Source of the DNA: Fibrobacterales bacterium
GTDB lineage: Bacteria; Fibrobacterota; Fibrobacteria; Fibrobacterales; JAOPTW01
Direction of reading: 5' to 3'
Length of the DNA stretch: 60,806 nucleotides
NCBI GenBank assembly: GCA_051532035.1
Contig: JAOPTW010000066.1
Location: 1 to 60,806 of the forward strand
Both the position numbers and the translations under genes were made by a program. The stretch's first letter is position 1. Each line of letters begins with the position of its first letter. Below the pieces are notes generated by a model. It did no database searches and was not told where the DNA came from. It saw nothing but the letters and a program-made list of their open reading frames with translations. Positions 1 to 9,975 of this stretch are shown here, in pieces.

Positions 1-42
1 AAGTTTTTTTGAAGTTGAGCCTTTTTCCGGATTCTGAGACAT
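1..42 (-). CDS. possible 5' end of a CDS running off the window edge (MSQNPEKGSTSKKL...)
   Basis: ATG (cat at 40-42) opens a stop-free frame to the window edge, downstream of rarA on the same strand; too short to identify. Confidence 0.3.
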   Translation of the reverse strand, partial: MSQNPEKGSTSKKL

Positions 43-165
43 AATGAGTGGGAACCAACCGCTTAATGAGTGTGGTCAAAATATAGTTTAATTGCGGTTT
101 TTAGGCGAGAAATAGGGGGATTTTGGCGGGGCAAAAGTGCCGGGGCTCAAAGTAGGGTTACCCTT

Positions 166-1452
166 TTATTTAGATTCTCTGCTTTTGCGCCAAAATTCCA
201 TTCTTTGTGCGATGGTTTTTTCAAAACCGTGGGGGGTTGGCTCATAGATGGTTGTGCCGAGAAGCTTTTGAGGGAGGTGGTTTTGCCCTGCATACGAGTG
301 TGGGAAGTCGTGGTCATATTTGTATCCATCGCCATACCCCAGTTTTCGTCCTGTTTTATTCACCGCATTTCTATATGCTTTGGGGACGGGGAGGTTGCCG
401 TACTCTTTTACAAGGGCATTGGCTTTTATCTCTGCCATCTCAACTTTGTTACTTTTGGGGGCTGTTGCCAGATAAATAGTGAGTTGATCGAGGGCCATGA
501 GTCCTTCAGGAATACCTAAAAAATCATACGCTTGCTGGCAGGATGTTGCGAGCTGTATTGCCTGTGGGTCAGCATTGCCAATGTCTTCGATGGCGATACG
601 CATAAGTCGACGTAAGAGATAGCGTGGGTCCTCACCGGCTTGAATCATGCGGTGGAGCCAATAGAGGGCGGCATCTACATCACTGCCTCGTATTGATTTC
701 TGAAAAACTGAAATAAAATTGTAGTGATTCTCATCTTTCTTGTCGTAGCGAAGCGGATTCTCAATTTGAACTTCTTTCAATGTCTCAGATGAAATACTAT
801 CACTGGTACTGTGCTCGGCAATCCACTCGAGTTGGTTAAGGAGGTAGCGAGCGTCACCATCTGCTTGGCTGATAAGTGATAGTGCCGCCTCTTTTTCTAT
901 GGTTTTATCTGAACATAAACCTCGTGGATCATTATTAAGAGCTTGGTCTATGAGGTTAAGGAGCTCTTCTTCACCGAGTGGAGCAAAAAGGATCAATTGG
1001 CATCGTGAGAGCAGAGCATTGTTGACTTCAAATGAAGGGTTCTCAGTGGTTGCCCCTATAAGAGTAACCACACCAGTCTCTGATGCATGGAGGAGTGAAT
1101 CCTGTTGTGCCTTATTAAAACGGTGAATCTCATCTATAAAGAGAATGGTTTTCTGTTTGTTAAAAGCGGTACGTTTTTCAGCTTCAACAATAGCTTCACG
1201 CACCTCTTTTTTACCTGAATGAACAGCAGAAAGGGCGATAAATGCGTGATCAGTCTGATGTCTAATAACGTGGGCTAATGACGTTTTACCACATCCCGGG
1301 GGACCCCAAAATATCATTGAGGGAACTGAGCCGCCTTCGAGAGCTCGTTTGAGCATTGAGCCTTCACCGATAATACGGCTCTGCCCCAATAACTCATCAA
1401 GAGTAGTGGGGCGCATGCGCTCGGCGAGTGGTGTGGTAGGAGTATCATTCAT
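166..1452 (-). CDS. rarA: replication-associated recombination protein A (RarA/MgsA AAA+ ATPase)
   Basis: PLAERMRP, Walker A GPPGCGKTS, Walker B FIDEIHRFNKAQQD, GATTENPSF, KSIRGSD, C-terminal GYGDGYKYDHD; start trimmed to MNDTP to avoid overlap with the upstream gene. Confidence 0.95.
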   Translation of the reverse strand: MNDTPTTPLAERMRPTTLDELLGQSRIIGEGSMLKRALEGGSVPSMIFWGPPGCGKTSLAHVIRHQTDHAFIALSAVHSGKKEVREAIVEAEKRTAFNKQKTILFIDEIHRFNKAQQDSLLHASETGVVTLIGATTENPSFEVNNALLSRCQLILFAPLGEEELLNLIDQALNNDPRGLCSDKTIEKEAALSLISQADGDARYLLNQLEWIAEHSTSDSISSETLKEVQIENPLRYDKKDENHYNFISVFQKSIRGSDVDAALYWLHRMIQAGEDPRYLLRRLMRIAIEDIGNADPQAIQLATSCQQAYDFLGIPEGLMALDQLTIYLATAPKSNKVEMAEIKANALVKEYGNLPVPKAYRNAVNKTGRKLGYGDGYKYDHDFPHSYAGQNHLPQKLLGTTIYEPTPHGFEKTIAQRMEFWRKSRESK

Positions 1453-1522
1453 AAGTGGAAAGATAGCAATTGAGAGAAGAAGACCGTAGTCAGAAGTGGG
1501 AACTTGTAGAGGCGAGGGGGAT

Positions 1523-2362
1523 TTAGTGGTGTGTGGTGATAGAGAGGCCCTGCCCATTTAAAGAAACGACTACTGTTGAGTCACGGTCGGTCCGGTAGAG
1601 TGAGTCGGTTACATAGAGGTTGAGGTGATCGAGGGTGCTTTGATGAGGGTGGCCATAGGGATTGTTTTTGCCGACAGGTATCACCGCATAGCTGGGGAGG
1701 AGTGCACTAATAAAGGGGAGTGATGTACTGCTTGCTGATCCGTGGTGAGCTACTTGTAAGAGGTCTACAGTGAGGTCAGGAGTGAGAGCGAGGAGTTCTC
1801 TTTCTGCAGCTTCTTCAAGATCACCGGTTAGGAGGATTGAATGAGAGCCCAGGGAGAGGTGGAGCACGGTGGAACTACTGTTTCCTGGTGTTGTGTGGGT
1901 GAGGGTAGGCCATAAGACTGAAGCGGAAAGAGGTGTGAGTTCATTAATTAGATCACCACGGGTAAGGGTGTCTGATCTAATATGCTGAATAAGGGTTGAA
2001 AGGGAGTCCCAGTGATATTTTGAATGAGCATTTTTGGGGAGGTAGAGGTGATCAATAGTGATATGGGGTAAAATATCAAAGAGTCCTCCAAAATGGTCTC
2101 GGTCATTATGGGTGAGTATTACAGCACTGAGTGATGAAATGTTACGTTCGGTGAGGAGTTGATACAGTGAGCTACTATCAGGGCCTGTATCTACGAGCAC
2201 CGTTATGCTGTCGAGGGTTATGAGTGTTGCGCTTCCTTGGCCCACTGCTAGAAATTCGATGGTTGCATGAATACTTTGATCAGTATCGGGAATCAAGGTG
2301 GTACAGCCAAGAGAGAGCAAGAGAGAGAAGAGAATAATAAATTGAGGTAAAGGATAACGCAT
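1523..2362 (-). CDS. stand-alone ComEC/Rec2-type metallo-beta-lactamase-fold lipoprotein
   Basis: lipobox LSLGC; VGQG, VDTG, THNDRDHFGG, LTGD, HHGS, NPYGHP, YRTD motifs of the ComEC C-terminal MBL domain; no Competence membrane domain. Confidence 0.85.
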   Translation of the reverse strand: MRYPLPQFIILFSLLLSLGCTTLIPDTDQSIHATIEFLAVGQGSATLITLDSITVLVDTGPDSSSLYQLLTERNISSLSAVILTHNDRDHFGGLFDILPHITIDHLYLPKNAHSKYHWDSLSTLIQHIRSDTLTRGDLINELTPLSASVLWPTLTHTTPGNSSSTVLHLSLGSHSILLTGDLEEAAERELLALTPDLTVDLLQVAHHGSASSTSLPFISALLPSYAVIPVGKNNPYGHPHQSTLDHLNLYVTDSLYRTDRDSTVVVSLNGQGLSITTHH

Positions 2363-2424
2363 AGTGACCTATCTTTGTTATTTTACCAGTTAAACGAATT
2401 GACTCATCCTGAGGTAACCCAAAG

Positions 2425-2940
2425 ATGGATTTTTATAAGCTTATTTCTCAAAGACGTAGTATTCGAAGCTATAGACCTGATAAGGCGGTTCCTCAAGAAG
2501 TGGTACAACGGATTATTGGTGCAGGAATTGCAGCGCCAACAGCGGCTAATCGTCAACCTTGGCGTGTAATTGTTGTTGAAAGTGACGATATGCTCCACGA
2601 AGTACATGAGTGTTATCATAGGGATTGGTTTAAGCGTGCACCCCAAATAGTTGTTGTCGTAGGGGATAAAGATGCTGCATGGCAGCGTGGTGACGGGTAT
2701 AATTCCATTGAAACTGATGTGACTATTGTTATGGATCACATGATTCTTGCCGCAGAGTATGAAGGAGTGGGGACCTGCTGGATTGCAGCTTTTAATGCGC
2801 CGATCCTCTATAATGCACTTAATCTCGCTGAAAATGAAGTAGTATATACATTGACTCCTATTGGATATCCCGAAGAGGGGTGGAATCCAAAGCCGGGGCC
2901 TGATCGACGAAGCATGAACGAAGTTGTGACGTTTATCTAG
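2425..2940 (+). CDS. nitroreductase family protein
   Basis: RRSIRSY, APTAANRQPW, GVGTCWI, IGYP motifs. Confidence 0.92.
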   Translation: MDFYKLISQRRSIRSYRPDKAVPQEVVQRIIGAGIAAPTAANRQPWRVIVVESDDMLHEVHECYHRDWFKRAPQIVVVVGDKDAAWQRGDGYNSIETDVTIVMDHMILAAEYEGVGTCWIAAFNAPILYNALNLAENEVVYTLTPIGYPEEGWNPKPGPDRRSMNEVVTFI

Positions 2941-3013
2941 TTAAAATCGTCTACTTATTGGCAGGTACAGGGAAATTGTAGTATACTATTCCTACTGTTT
3001 AACCTCGTGTAGT

Positions 3014-4462
3014 ATGTCTGTAATAAATGCAAAAACACGCTATTTAATTCATGGGGCTTCAATAATCACAGCCCTTTTTTTGGCGATTTATGCCAAAATG
3101 GTGTGTCAGTTTATTGATAGTGTTCCTGTCTATCAGATTATTCAGAATATTGTTGTAATAGCCCTTTTTCAAATGGTTGTCCGAGAAATTGTTTTCCGGT
3201 TTGTCATAGATAAGCAACCTCTTGATGCGGCACCGCGAGTGGGATATTATAGTTCTATTGGGCTTTGGGCTTTGTCAGGTGTGATTGCTGTAATAATTCA
3301 TCACTACCGGTATGCCGACTTCCCTTTTGGGAGTCACCTTAAAATGTTGAGTGGATATTGGATTTTGGGGTCTGGGATATTGGCCCAGTGGGAGCGGGTC
3401 TTATTAGAACGTCAAGTGCGGAGTATTAATAAATCTATCGGGGGGTTTCGGCAATTTCCTGAACACTTTACTCGACGAATTATGCAGGGCTTTGTTCTGT
3501 TTACGACTCTTCCTCTTCTGGGTATATTAATATTAATTACTCGATATGTTATGGAAGATATTATTGCAATGCATGTGGCCTATGAGATTGGGTACCTCAT
3601 TGTTTTTTATGCAACGGTAGCACTTATTGTCGCGTGGTATTATGGCAAAGGACTCTCTGAGGATACGCAAATTATTGTAGATGAGGTGCAAAAAATCGGA
3701 GATGGAAACTTTGAAGTAGCTCTTGAGGCTGGTCGCCCTGATGAATTGGGTAAAGTTGCCGCAGGAATTCACGATATGGCAAAAGGACTGAGGCAGCGAG
3801 AGCGAATTAAAGATGCCTTTGGGAGGTTTGTTTCTCCCCATGTAGCAGAGGAATTTATTAAAAATTATAGTAATGATGGTGACGTCTTAACCATGGGTGG
3901 TACAAGAAAAAAACTCACTATTTTAGTAGTTGATATTAGGGGCTTTACAAGGCTCTCTGAAGAGACTGAACCAGAAAAACTGACAGCAATGCTGAATGAA
4001 TACTTTAGTCGTATGGTAGAGGTGATTAAGATTCACAATGGCATTGTGGATAAATTTATTGGAGATGCCATTCTTGCTGTATTTGGATTGACCGAAAGTA
4101 GTGAGGGGTCAGAGTACGATGCGGTACAAGCGGCAGCGGAGATGAACACCCAACTCAATCTCTTTAATCATCTGCGTGCTAAAAAAGGACACCCCAAACT
4201 TTTTAATGGTATCGGAGTGCATTGTGGTGAGGTGATTGCCGGGTATATTGGGAGTACTGATCGTCTAGAGTTTACGGTAATTGGGTCGCCAGTGAATGTT
4301 GCGGCTCGTATTGAGTCACAATGTAAGGAACCGAACCCGGCACTTCTTTTTAGTGAGGCGGTAGTTAAAGGGCTGGATGGCCGAATGGCTGTTCGGGAAG
4401 TTGGTTTGTTTGACCTGAAAGGGGTGAGTGAACAGATGAAACTGTTCACTCTAAATAAGTGA
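3014..4462 (+). CDS. membrane-bound class III adenylate/guanylate cyclase with HAMP domain
   Basis: about 6 TM segments, HAMP (RPDELGKVAAGIHDM), VDIRGFT, DKFIGDAILAVFG, FTVIGSPVNVAARIES; Lys/Thr specificity residues suggest ATP as substrate. Confidence 0.9.
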   Translation: MSVINAKTRYLIHGASIITALFLAIYAKMVCQFIDSVPVYQIIQNIVVIALFQMVVREIVFRFVIDKQPLDAAPRVGYYSSIGLWALSGVIAVIIHHYRYADFPFGSHLKMLSGYWILGSGILAQWERVLLERQVRSINKSIGGFRQFPEHFTRRIMQGFVLFTTLPLLGILILITRYVMEDIIAMHVAYEIGYLIVFYATVALIVAWYYGKGLSEDTQIIVDEVQKIGDGNFEVALEAGRPDELGKVAAGIHDMAKGLRQRERIKDAFGRFVSPHVAEEFIKNYSNDGDVLTMGGTRKKLTILVVDIRGFTRLSEETEPEKLTAMLNEYFSRMVEVIKIHNGIVDKFIGDAILAVFGLTESSEGSEYDAVQAAAEMNTQLNLFNHLRAKKGHPKLFNGIGVHCGEVIAGYIGSTDRLEFTVIGSPVNVAARIESQCKEPNPALLFSEAVVKGLDGRMAVREVGLFDLKGVSEQMKLFTLNK

Positions 4463-4464
4463 TC

Positions 4465-5166
4465 TTAGAATGGGTTTGTTGCCCAAACTGAAAGTTCGGG
4501 AATAAATCCACGATCATCCATTTCGAGAGCACTCACAATAGGCTCTGCAATTTCCATAACTGAAAGTTTATTCAACTCTTCAGGGCGTTCTACTCGATCG
4601 GTTTTGTTAAATGCGGTGGGAACTTCACTGGGATTAATGCCAATGACTCTGATGTTCTCTTTTCTGAGTTCAGCCTGCCAACACTGGGTCATTGCCCGGA
4701 GTGCAAATTTTGAGGCTGAGTAGACAGTGCCATAGGCAAAACCCTTAATTGCAGCTGATGATGCAATGTTGACAATAGAACCTTTTCCGGCTGCCTTTAA
4801 ATGGGGGAGCACTGCTTGTGTAAGCATAGCTAACCCAAAAACATTTGTTGAAAATACTCGTTCAAATTGGTCGAGAGTTACCTCTTCGAGGAGGCCGAAT
4901 TCACCAATGCCGGCATTATTGATGAGGACATCAATGCCGCCGAGGAGTGTTATGGCCTCTGCGCTTTTCGCAACAATTGTCTCACTTTGAGAAATATCAA
5001 AGTGGAGAGGGAGCGCGCCAATCTCTTGAGCGACTGTAGTGAGCTTATCGGTGTCGCGACCGGTAATAACAACAGTAGCACCCTTCTCAATAAGGAGTTG
5101 TGCAGTAGCTTTTCCGATCCCAGAACTTCCACCAGTGATTAATATTTTTGATCCTTCAATTTTCAT
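4465..5166 (-). CDS. short-chain dehydrogenase/reductase (SDR)
   Basis: TGGSSGIG, NNAG, catalytic YSASK. Confidence 0.93.
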   Translation of the reverse strand: MKIEGSKILITGGSSGIGKATAQLLIEKGATVVITGRDTDKLTTVAQEIGALPLHFDISQSETIVAKSAEAITLLGGIDVLINNAGIGEFGLLEEVTLDQFERVFSTNVFGLAMLTQAVLPHLKAAGKGSIVNIASSAAIKGFAYGTVYSASKFALRAMTQCWQAELRKENIRVIGINPSEVPTAFNKTDRVERPEELNKLSVMEIAEPIVSALEMDDRGFIPELSVWATNPF

Positions 5167-5220
5167 GTCGGCTCCTTTGTAATGTGTACTTTCGTTAATA
5201 GGATAGTAAAAACACCCTAT

Positions 5221-5262
5221 AAAAAAAGCCAGTAGGCTGTAAGGGAATTACAAACTACTGGC
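5221..5262 (-). terminator. Rho-independent terminator of the LRR gene
   Basis: minus strand GCCAGTAG-TT-TGTAA...TTACA-GC-CTACTGGC followed by T7. Confidence 0.7.
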
Positions 5263-5283
5263 ATATATATCATTTTTTTAAAT

Positions 5284-6033
5284 CTATTTGTCTATAACAA
5301 GTCCAGGGTGTTCTCTGAGAATCTCAGGAATGATTGAGACCGGGTTATTTACAACTGAAATGCATTTAATATCGGTAATGTCATTGAGTTCAATAGGGAG
5401 CTCAGTGATGTCATTCATGTCAAGCACTATCTCTTCAAGATGGGTGAGTTTGCCAAGTTCTGCAGGAATCGCAGTGAAAAAATTTCCCGATGCAATAAGT
5501 TCTTTCAGACTTTCCATTCCTCCCATCTCTGATGGCAAGCTTTTCAAAGAGTTGTTGTCAAGGTAGATTTTTCTCAACTTTTTAAGGAGTCCAATCTCTT
5601 TTGGGAGTTCAGGCAAAACGTTGTCATGAACACTTAATTTCTCGAGACTTTCAAGGCCGCCGATTTCTGGAGGCAGCTCCATAAGACTGTTTTTTGCAAT
5701 GTTGAGCATCTTAAGGTTCTTCAACTTTCCAATTTCTGGAGGGAGGTCAGTGAGACCATTGTAGCCGAGATATAATTTTTCAAGATGAGTGAGGTTTCCA
5801 ATACCAGGACTGAGCTCCATCAAATCATTCTCACTAATACTGAGTTCGGTAAGATTTGTAAGGTTTTCTATTTCATCAGGGATAACAACAAGGTTGTTTT
5901 CGTCAAGATTAAGTTCGGTCAATTGAGTAAGTTCAAATAGTTCATCAGGGAGGTCGCGAATCTCAAGTCCCTTAAGATCAAGGCTTGTTTGATTCTCTTC
6001 TTTTGCCTTGGCAATAATTTCGAGTAAGGTCAT
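5284..6033 (-). CDS. leucine-rich repeat protein
   Basis: about 9 tandem 23-aa repeats LxxLxLxxNxLxxLPxEIGxL. Confidence 0.92.
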   Translation of the reverse strand: MTLLEIIAKAKEENQTSLDLKGLEIRDLPDELFELTQLTELNLDENNLVVIPDEIENLTNLTELSISENDLMELSPGIGNLTHLEKLYLGYNGLTDLPPEIGKLKNLKMLNIAKNSLMELPPEIGGLESLEKLSVHDNVLPELPKEIGLLKKLRKIYLDNNSLKSLPSEMGGMESLKELIASGNFFTAIPAELGKLTHLEEIVLDMNDITELPIELNDITDIKCISVVNNPVSIIPEILREHPGLVIDK

Positions 6034-6166
6034 ATTCTCTTTGTGTGTGAGTTACTAGAACGAAGTATAACTATTTATACAGTGTTTATGTAGGATAAAA
6101 TATCAGAGATTCTTTAAAGGGGTTGAGCCGAGTATGTTGAGTACATAAAGGCTCAAATTTGACAGA

Positions 6167-7387
6167 TTATCCACAACCACCACCAGCGACTCCTCGCTTA
6201 AGCTCAAGTTTTATCTTGGATGGGTACTGTAGGTGCTCAATCCACTCTTTTTCTGGTTCAGAAACACTATGGCGCGCTCCTTTTGCCTCGGGAATATCAA
6301 AATGAAGCCCATAAGGAGATGGGCTCACACTTTCGGTAAATGTGTGGTACGTTTTAAATGTTCTCAGCCACTGTTCAATACCACCATCAAGGATGTAGAT
6401 ATTGGGAATACCATAGCCCATGAGTTGTTTGTAGAACGAGAGAGCTTGCTGTTCAGATTCTCCCACAATGACCGTTACTCTGTTGGGTGGGTTTTTGCGG
6501 AGCTCGATGATGTATTTTTCTGTGAGATCAGTAGCGATTTTTCGGTCTGAATCAATAATGTTTATAAGATTGAATTTATCTTCTGATCGGAAATCCCAGA
6601 TTGAGAGACTGAGTTTATCATCAAACCAGGTTTTAACGAGTTCACCAGGATGAATAAAAACAGCCCGTGAATCAATTTTAGGTTGATAGGTCTCTTTCAC
6701 AAATTCCCAGCGCCTTTCAGGAGTAGGCTGACCGATAACAATGATTGCAATGATAACAGCGAGAAATCCGCCCATTGCCCATTTGGGAAAACGGGCTTTG
6801 GGTGAGCCATCGCCAAATTTATTTTCAAGCCATTCGCCTCCTTTAAACATGCCAACTGCCATAGCGACAGCAAGAAGTACCATGACGCCAGTAGGGAGAT
6901 TAAATACTTGAGGGAGGGTTAGGCGTCCCATGTAGCTCGAACTCCATGCAATTGAGACTTCATCAATGGTCTCGCCAAAGATTGTCATTCCAATGAGGCC
7001 CCCCACAACAAAGAGCGCTCCATCAATTTTTAAGGTCGACATAGATACGAGAGAGGTACCTGGGCAATATCCACCGAGTACAAATCCAACTCCCATAATG
7101 AGGCCGCCGACAATACCTGGCCAAAGGTAGGTTGGGTTTACCCAAATTTGAGTATAATCAAGTACTCCGAGTGATGATGCGAGAAATATCCCAACCATGC
7201 AGGTAATAATCGCTGTGAACATTACTTTAAGGACCGTGAGGTTTTTAAAATAGAACTGAGCGGCAAGGAGTCTTGAATCGCCAAAGCCTGCCTGCTCTAA
7301 GGTAAATCCAAATCCAATGCCAATGAGTAAATGTACTATGTAGAGTTGTAATTCACTCAGTGCTGATAAAATTTCTATAGGTGCCAT
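6167..7387 (-). CDS. YeeE/YedE (thiosulfate/sulfur transporter family) protein fused to a rhodanese-like domain, C-terminal GGGCG
   Basis: GIGFGFTLEQAGF, GGLIMGVGFVLGGYCPGTS; C-terminal domain with WDFRS..F and IYILDGGIEQW rhodanese-like motifs; ends GVAGGGCG. Confidence 0.85.
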   Translation of the reverse strand: MAPIEILSALSELQLYIVHLLIGIGFGFTLEQAGFGDSRLLAAQFYFKNLTVLKVMFTAIITCMVGIFLASSLGVLDYTQIWVNPTYLWPGIVGGLIMGVGFVLGGYCPGTSLVSMSTLKIDGALFVVGGLIGMTIFGETIDEVSIAWSSSYMGRLTLPQVFNLPTGVMVLLAVAMAVGMFKGGEWLENKFGDGSPKARFPKWAMGGFLAVIIAIIVIGQPTPERRWEFVKETYQPKIDSRAVFIHPGELVKTWFDDKLSLSIWDFRSEDKFNLINIIDSDRKIATDLTEKYIIELRKNPPNRVTVIVGESEQQALSFYKQLMGYGIPNIYILDGGIEQWLRTFKTYHTFTESVSPSPYGLHFDIPEAKGARHSVSEPEKEWIEHLQYPSKIKLELKRGVAGGGCG

Positions 7388-7396
7388 ACTAATCTC

Positions 7397-7927
7397 CTAA
7401 TTCCAGTTTTTCCGAACAAACCAGGCAAGAGCGTATGCTCCACCAAATACTGCAAACATAAACGTCCAACTTCCCGCTGAGAGGGTTGCGCCACCAGAGA
7501 GTGCCTGCCCTGAAGTACAGCCTCGCGCCAAGCGTGCGCCATACCCCATGATCAGCCCTCCCAAGAGCGCCATAACGACTCTTTTCTTGTTGCTAATATT
7601 GGGGCCTTTAAAGAGTTCTGGTTTAATGCGTTTTGATAGTAATCCCGATGCAAAGCCACCCACTGCAGTGCCTACTACGAGCATCAATATCCAGTGATCC
7701 AGTGGGTTTTTATCTCCGCCCGCCATCTTGAGCAGGTAGGGAGTTTGGTCAACATGCTCAGGGGTGATGGCGTCTTCTATGGCGACTACAATTCGGTTGA
7801 GTCCGCCCGACGCTCCAAGGCCATTACCGGTGAGTACAAAAGAGAGAAAGAGTACAAGTCCGAGGGCAAAGCCAGCGGTATAGGGATTGAGATAGCCCTC
7901 TTTGGTTTTAAGTCTCTGAAACATCAT
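7397..7927 (-). CDS. YeeE/YedE family membrane protein
   Basis: NPYTAG, GLGASGG, GARLARGCTSGQALSG; AAGGAG RBS before the MMFQR start. Confidence 0.88.
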   Translation of the reverse strand: MMFQRLKTKEGYLNPYTAGFALGLVLFLSFVLTGNGLGASGGLNRIVVAIEDAITPEHVDQTPYLLKMAGGDKNPLDHWILMLVVGTAVGGFASGLLSKRIKPELFKGPNISNKKRVVMALLGGLIMGYGARLARGCTSGQALSGGATLSAGSWTFMFAVFGGAYALAWFVRKNWN

Positions 7928-9974
7928 GAGTCTCCTTACTTTGTGGATGAGCATCGGTTGAATTACGGTCTTCAACATCTTCCCAACCAGTGATCATTGC
8001 TTTGGTATATTCTGTAACAGTGTGTCCTGTTGTGGTAAGATAAATGTGCATCATAAGAAATGAAATAATCAACCATGAACAGAGGGTGTGTATCGTTGCA
8101 ATGGTTTCGAGCCCGCCAATTGCTTCAAGTGCGACGTTGTCATAGGGGTAAAAATATATGATAAATCCTGTAATCATGAGAGCAGGAAGGAGCACGTTTA
8201 ATAGCCCAAGATAGGCGATTTGCTGAAGGGGGTTCAGGCGACGTTCAGGGAGTTTTTCAAAAGGGTGTTTCTCTTTTTTAAAAATTCCTTTAAGGTAATA
8301 CATCTGTTGCGTAAAGGCTTTTGCAAAAAAACCTTTGGGTTCGGGGATGTACTGAGCGATTTTTCCGGTAGAGATGTGATAAAAAAGTGAAAAGATTGCA
8401 TTGACTCCGAGAATGATACCAAGTATTCTATGAATGGTGATGGCTGCTTCAAAAGGGAGAAAGGTAAAGACTTCTGGAGTGTGAATAACAAGTCCTGTGG
8501 TGATGAGAATCAGAATAACGAAGGCTTGAGTCCAATGCCAGATACGTTCATAGAGTCTATATATATATACTTTTTTGGTTTTCATCTCATGGTGTCCACC
8601 GTGTTTAAGGTGTATGATACATCGTAACCCTCCATGTAGGAGAATACCCAAAAGGACGAGTACAATAGAAGCGATTCCGATAAGGTTCACAGTGTTACCA
8701 CACTCCTTGCCAAAGATATAGAGGTTGTCTTCATTGCACGAGAGTGATGAGAGGGTTTCTGTTGGCTTTTGACTTGCAAGGGTAGTACTAAATGCATTTT
8801 GAGATGAATGGCATTCACTACACTTTTTGGTGGCATATTCACCAGGGACAGTGTTGTGAGCAATAGGGTGAAAAGAGTAGTTCTTTTTAACCACGATACC
8901 ACTAAAACCTTGTTCAAGAAGTTGCATCTTCATAAAGTCAAAATAGATTCCGGATGCGGGTCCTTGTTCGTCGCTTGTTACGTTACCATCTCTATTGAGA
9001 TCAAGATAGGTTTGAATCTCTGCGTTATGCCTTTGAGTAATCTGTGTAATGACAGAATCAGGAACACGCTTTTTTTGAGTGGTTGCATAAAAATAATATT
9101 CAGTGATGTTATTGTATGGTTTGTATGCACTCTGTATATCCGTTTTAAAAAGTGTTGGCCTAAAGGGAGTAATGAGCCCTTTGGTATCGACGTTTTTAAA
9201 TGTTTTAACCGATACGTTGTTTGACTGTATCGTGTTATTAATAGTATGGAGTAATGGTGAATTGATTGTGGGGGTGTGGCAACTTTGACACTCTAGTTTT
9301 TTAAAGTGGATATCAGAGCGGTCCTTCCATATGCCACTGTGCTCACTCGTGTGACAGTAAGTACAGTCATACCGTTCTCCGCTGGTAAAGGCGAGTTTAT
9401 GACTGGGACGCTTTAAAAACTCTCCAATATCTGGTCGTCTCGGATCAAATTCTAGATGAGAAGGTTTTGATATATCTTCTTTACGTAAAAAGACGGGGTT
9501 ATTGGTCGAGAAATGGCAGTCGTTACAGTTGAGCCCTCGCTCTGCATGAATGTCCCAGGCGTGATTAATGTGTGACTTACCAGGAAGGTTAATCTTTGAC
9601 TCAGAAACTTTTTTGCCAGAATAGAAACGCCCTGACTTTTTACTAGAGGTGTTGTCATTGGTATGGCACTGTTGGCAGTGTTCAGTGCGCGGGCGAGTAA
9701 CGGTTGTTACTTGTGATGGGGCAGTTTGTGGTACACTGGTACTATGACAGGTGAGACAGTTAAAGTTCCCATTTGCATAAAGTTTTGCATGGGAGTCATG
9801 ACTTTTAATGTAGTCGATATCATGACACTGTCCACATGAGGCTTCGTAGGATACCATATCCTTTGTGGGGGAACCGAGTGCATCCTTCCACTCAATGGTA
9901 GGGTGAATAGGGCTTGCAGTAGTAACGGTTCCAAAGAAAAATAGTGCGAGAGTACAGGCTGTGAGAAACTTCAT
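7908..9974 (-). CDS. multiheme c-type cytochrome (7 CxxCH) fused to a C-terminal cytochrome b (hydrogenase/FDH-type) domain
   Basis: signal peptide; CGQCH, CLTCH, CQQCH, CNDCH, CTYCH, CQSCH, CSECH; cytochrome b motifs ERIWHW, TIHRILG, NPLQQIAY, TIHTL, MHIYL, AMITGW. Confidence 0.88.
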   Translation of the reverse strand: MKFLTACTLALFFFGTVTTASPIHPTIEWKDALGSPTKDMVSYEASCGQCHDIDYIKSHDSHAKLYANGNFNCLTCHSTSVPQTAPSQVTTVTRPRTEHCQQCHTNDNTSSKKSGRFYSGKKVSESKINLPGKSHINHAWDIHAERGLNCNDCHFSTNNPVFLRKEDISKPSHLEFDPRRPDIGEFLKRPSHKLAFTSGERYDCTYCHTSEHSGIWKDRSDIHFKKLECQSCHTPTINSPLLHTINNTIQSNNVSVKTFKNVDTKGLITPFRPTLFKTDIQSAYKPYNNITEYYFYATTQKKRVPDSVITQITQRHNAEIQTYLDLNRDGNVTSDEQGPASGIYFDFMKMQLLEQGFSGIVVKKNYSFHPIAHNTVPGEYATKKCSECHSSQNAFSTTLASQKPTETLSSLSCNEDNLYIFGKECGNTVNLIGIASIVLVLLGILLHGGLRCIIHLKHGGHHEMKTKKVYIYRLYERIWHWTQAFVILILITTGLVIHTPEVFTFLPFEAAITIHRILGIILGVNAIFSLFYHISTGKIAQYIPEPKGFFAKAFTQQMYYLKGIFKKEKHPFEKLPERRLNPLQQIAYLGLLNVLLPALMITGFIIYFYPYDNVALEAIGGLETIATIHTLCSWLIISFLMMHIYLTTTGHTVTEYTKAMITGWEDVEDRNSTDAHPQSKETHDVSET

Positions 9975-9975
9975 T

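Noticed and set aside
70..519. Short opposite-strand or alternate-frame ORFs in the track (for example 70-519, 8808-9224, 15261-15713, 15833-16303, 44383-44772)
   Set aside because: They lie within well-supported genes and have no recognisable motifs; treated as shadow ORFs
5284..6033. LRR protein as an NLR, TIR or Roco defence protein
   Set aside because: It consists only of LRRs, with no NTPase, TIR or Roc-COR domain and no defence neighbours
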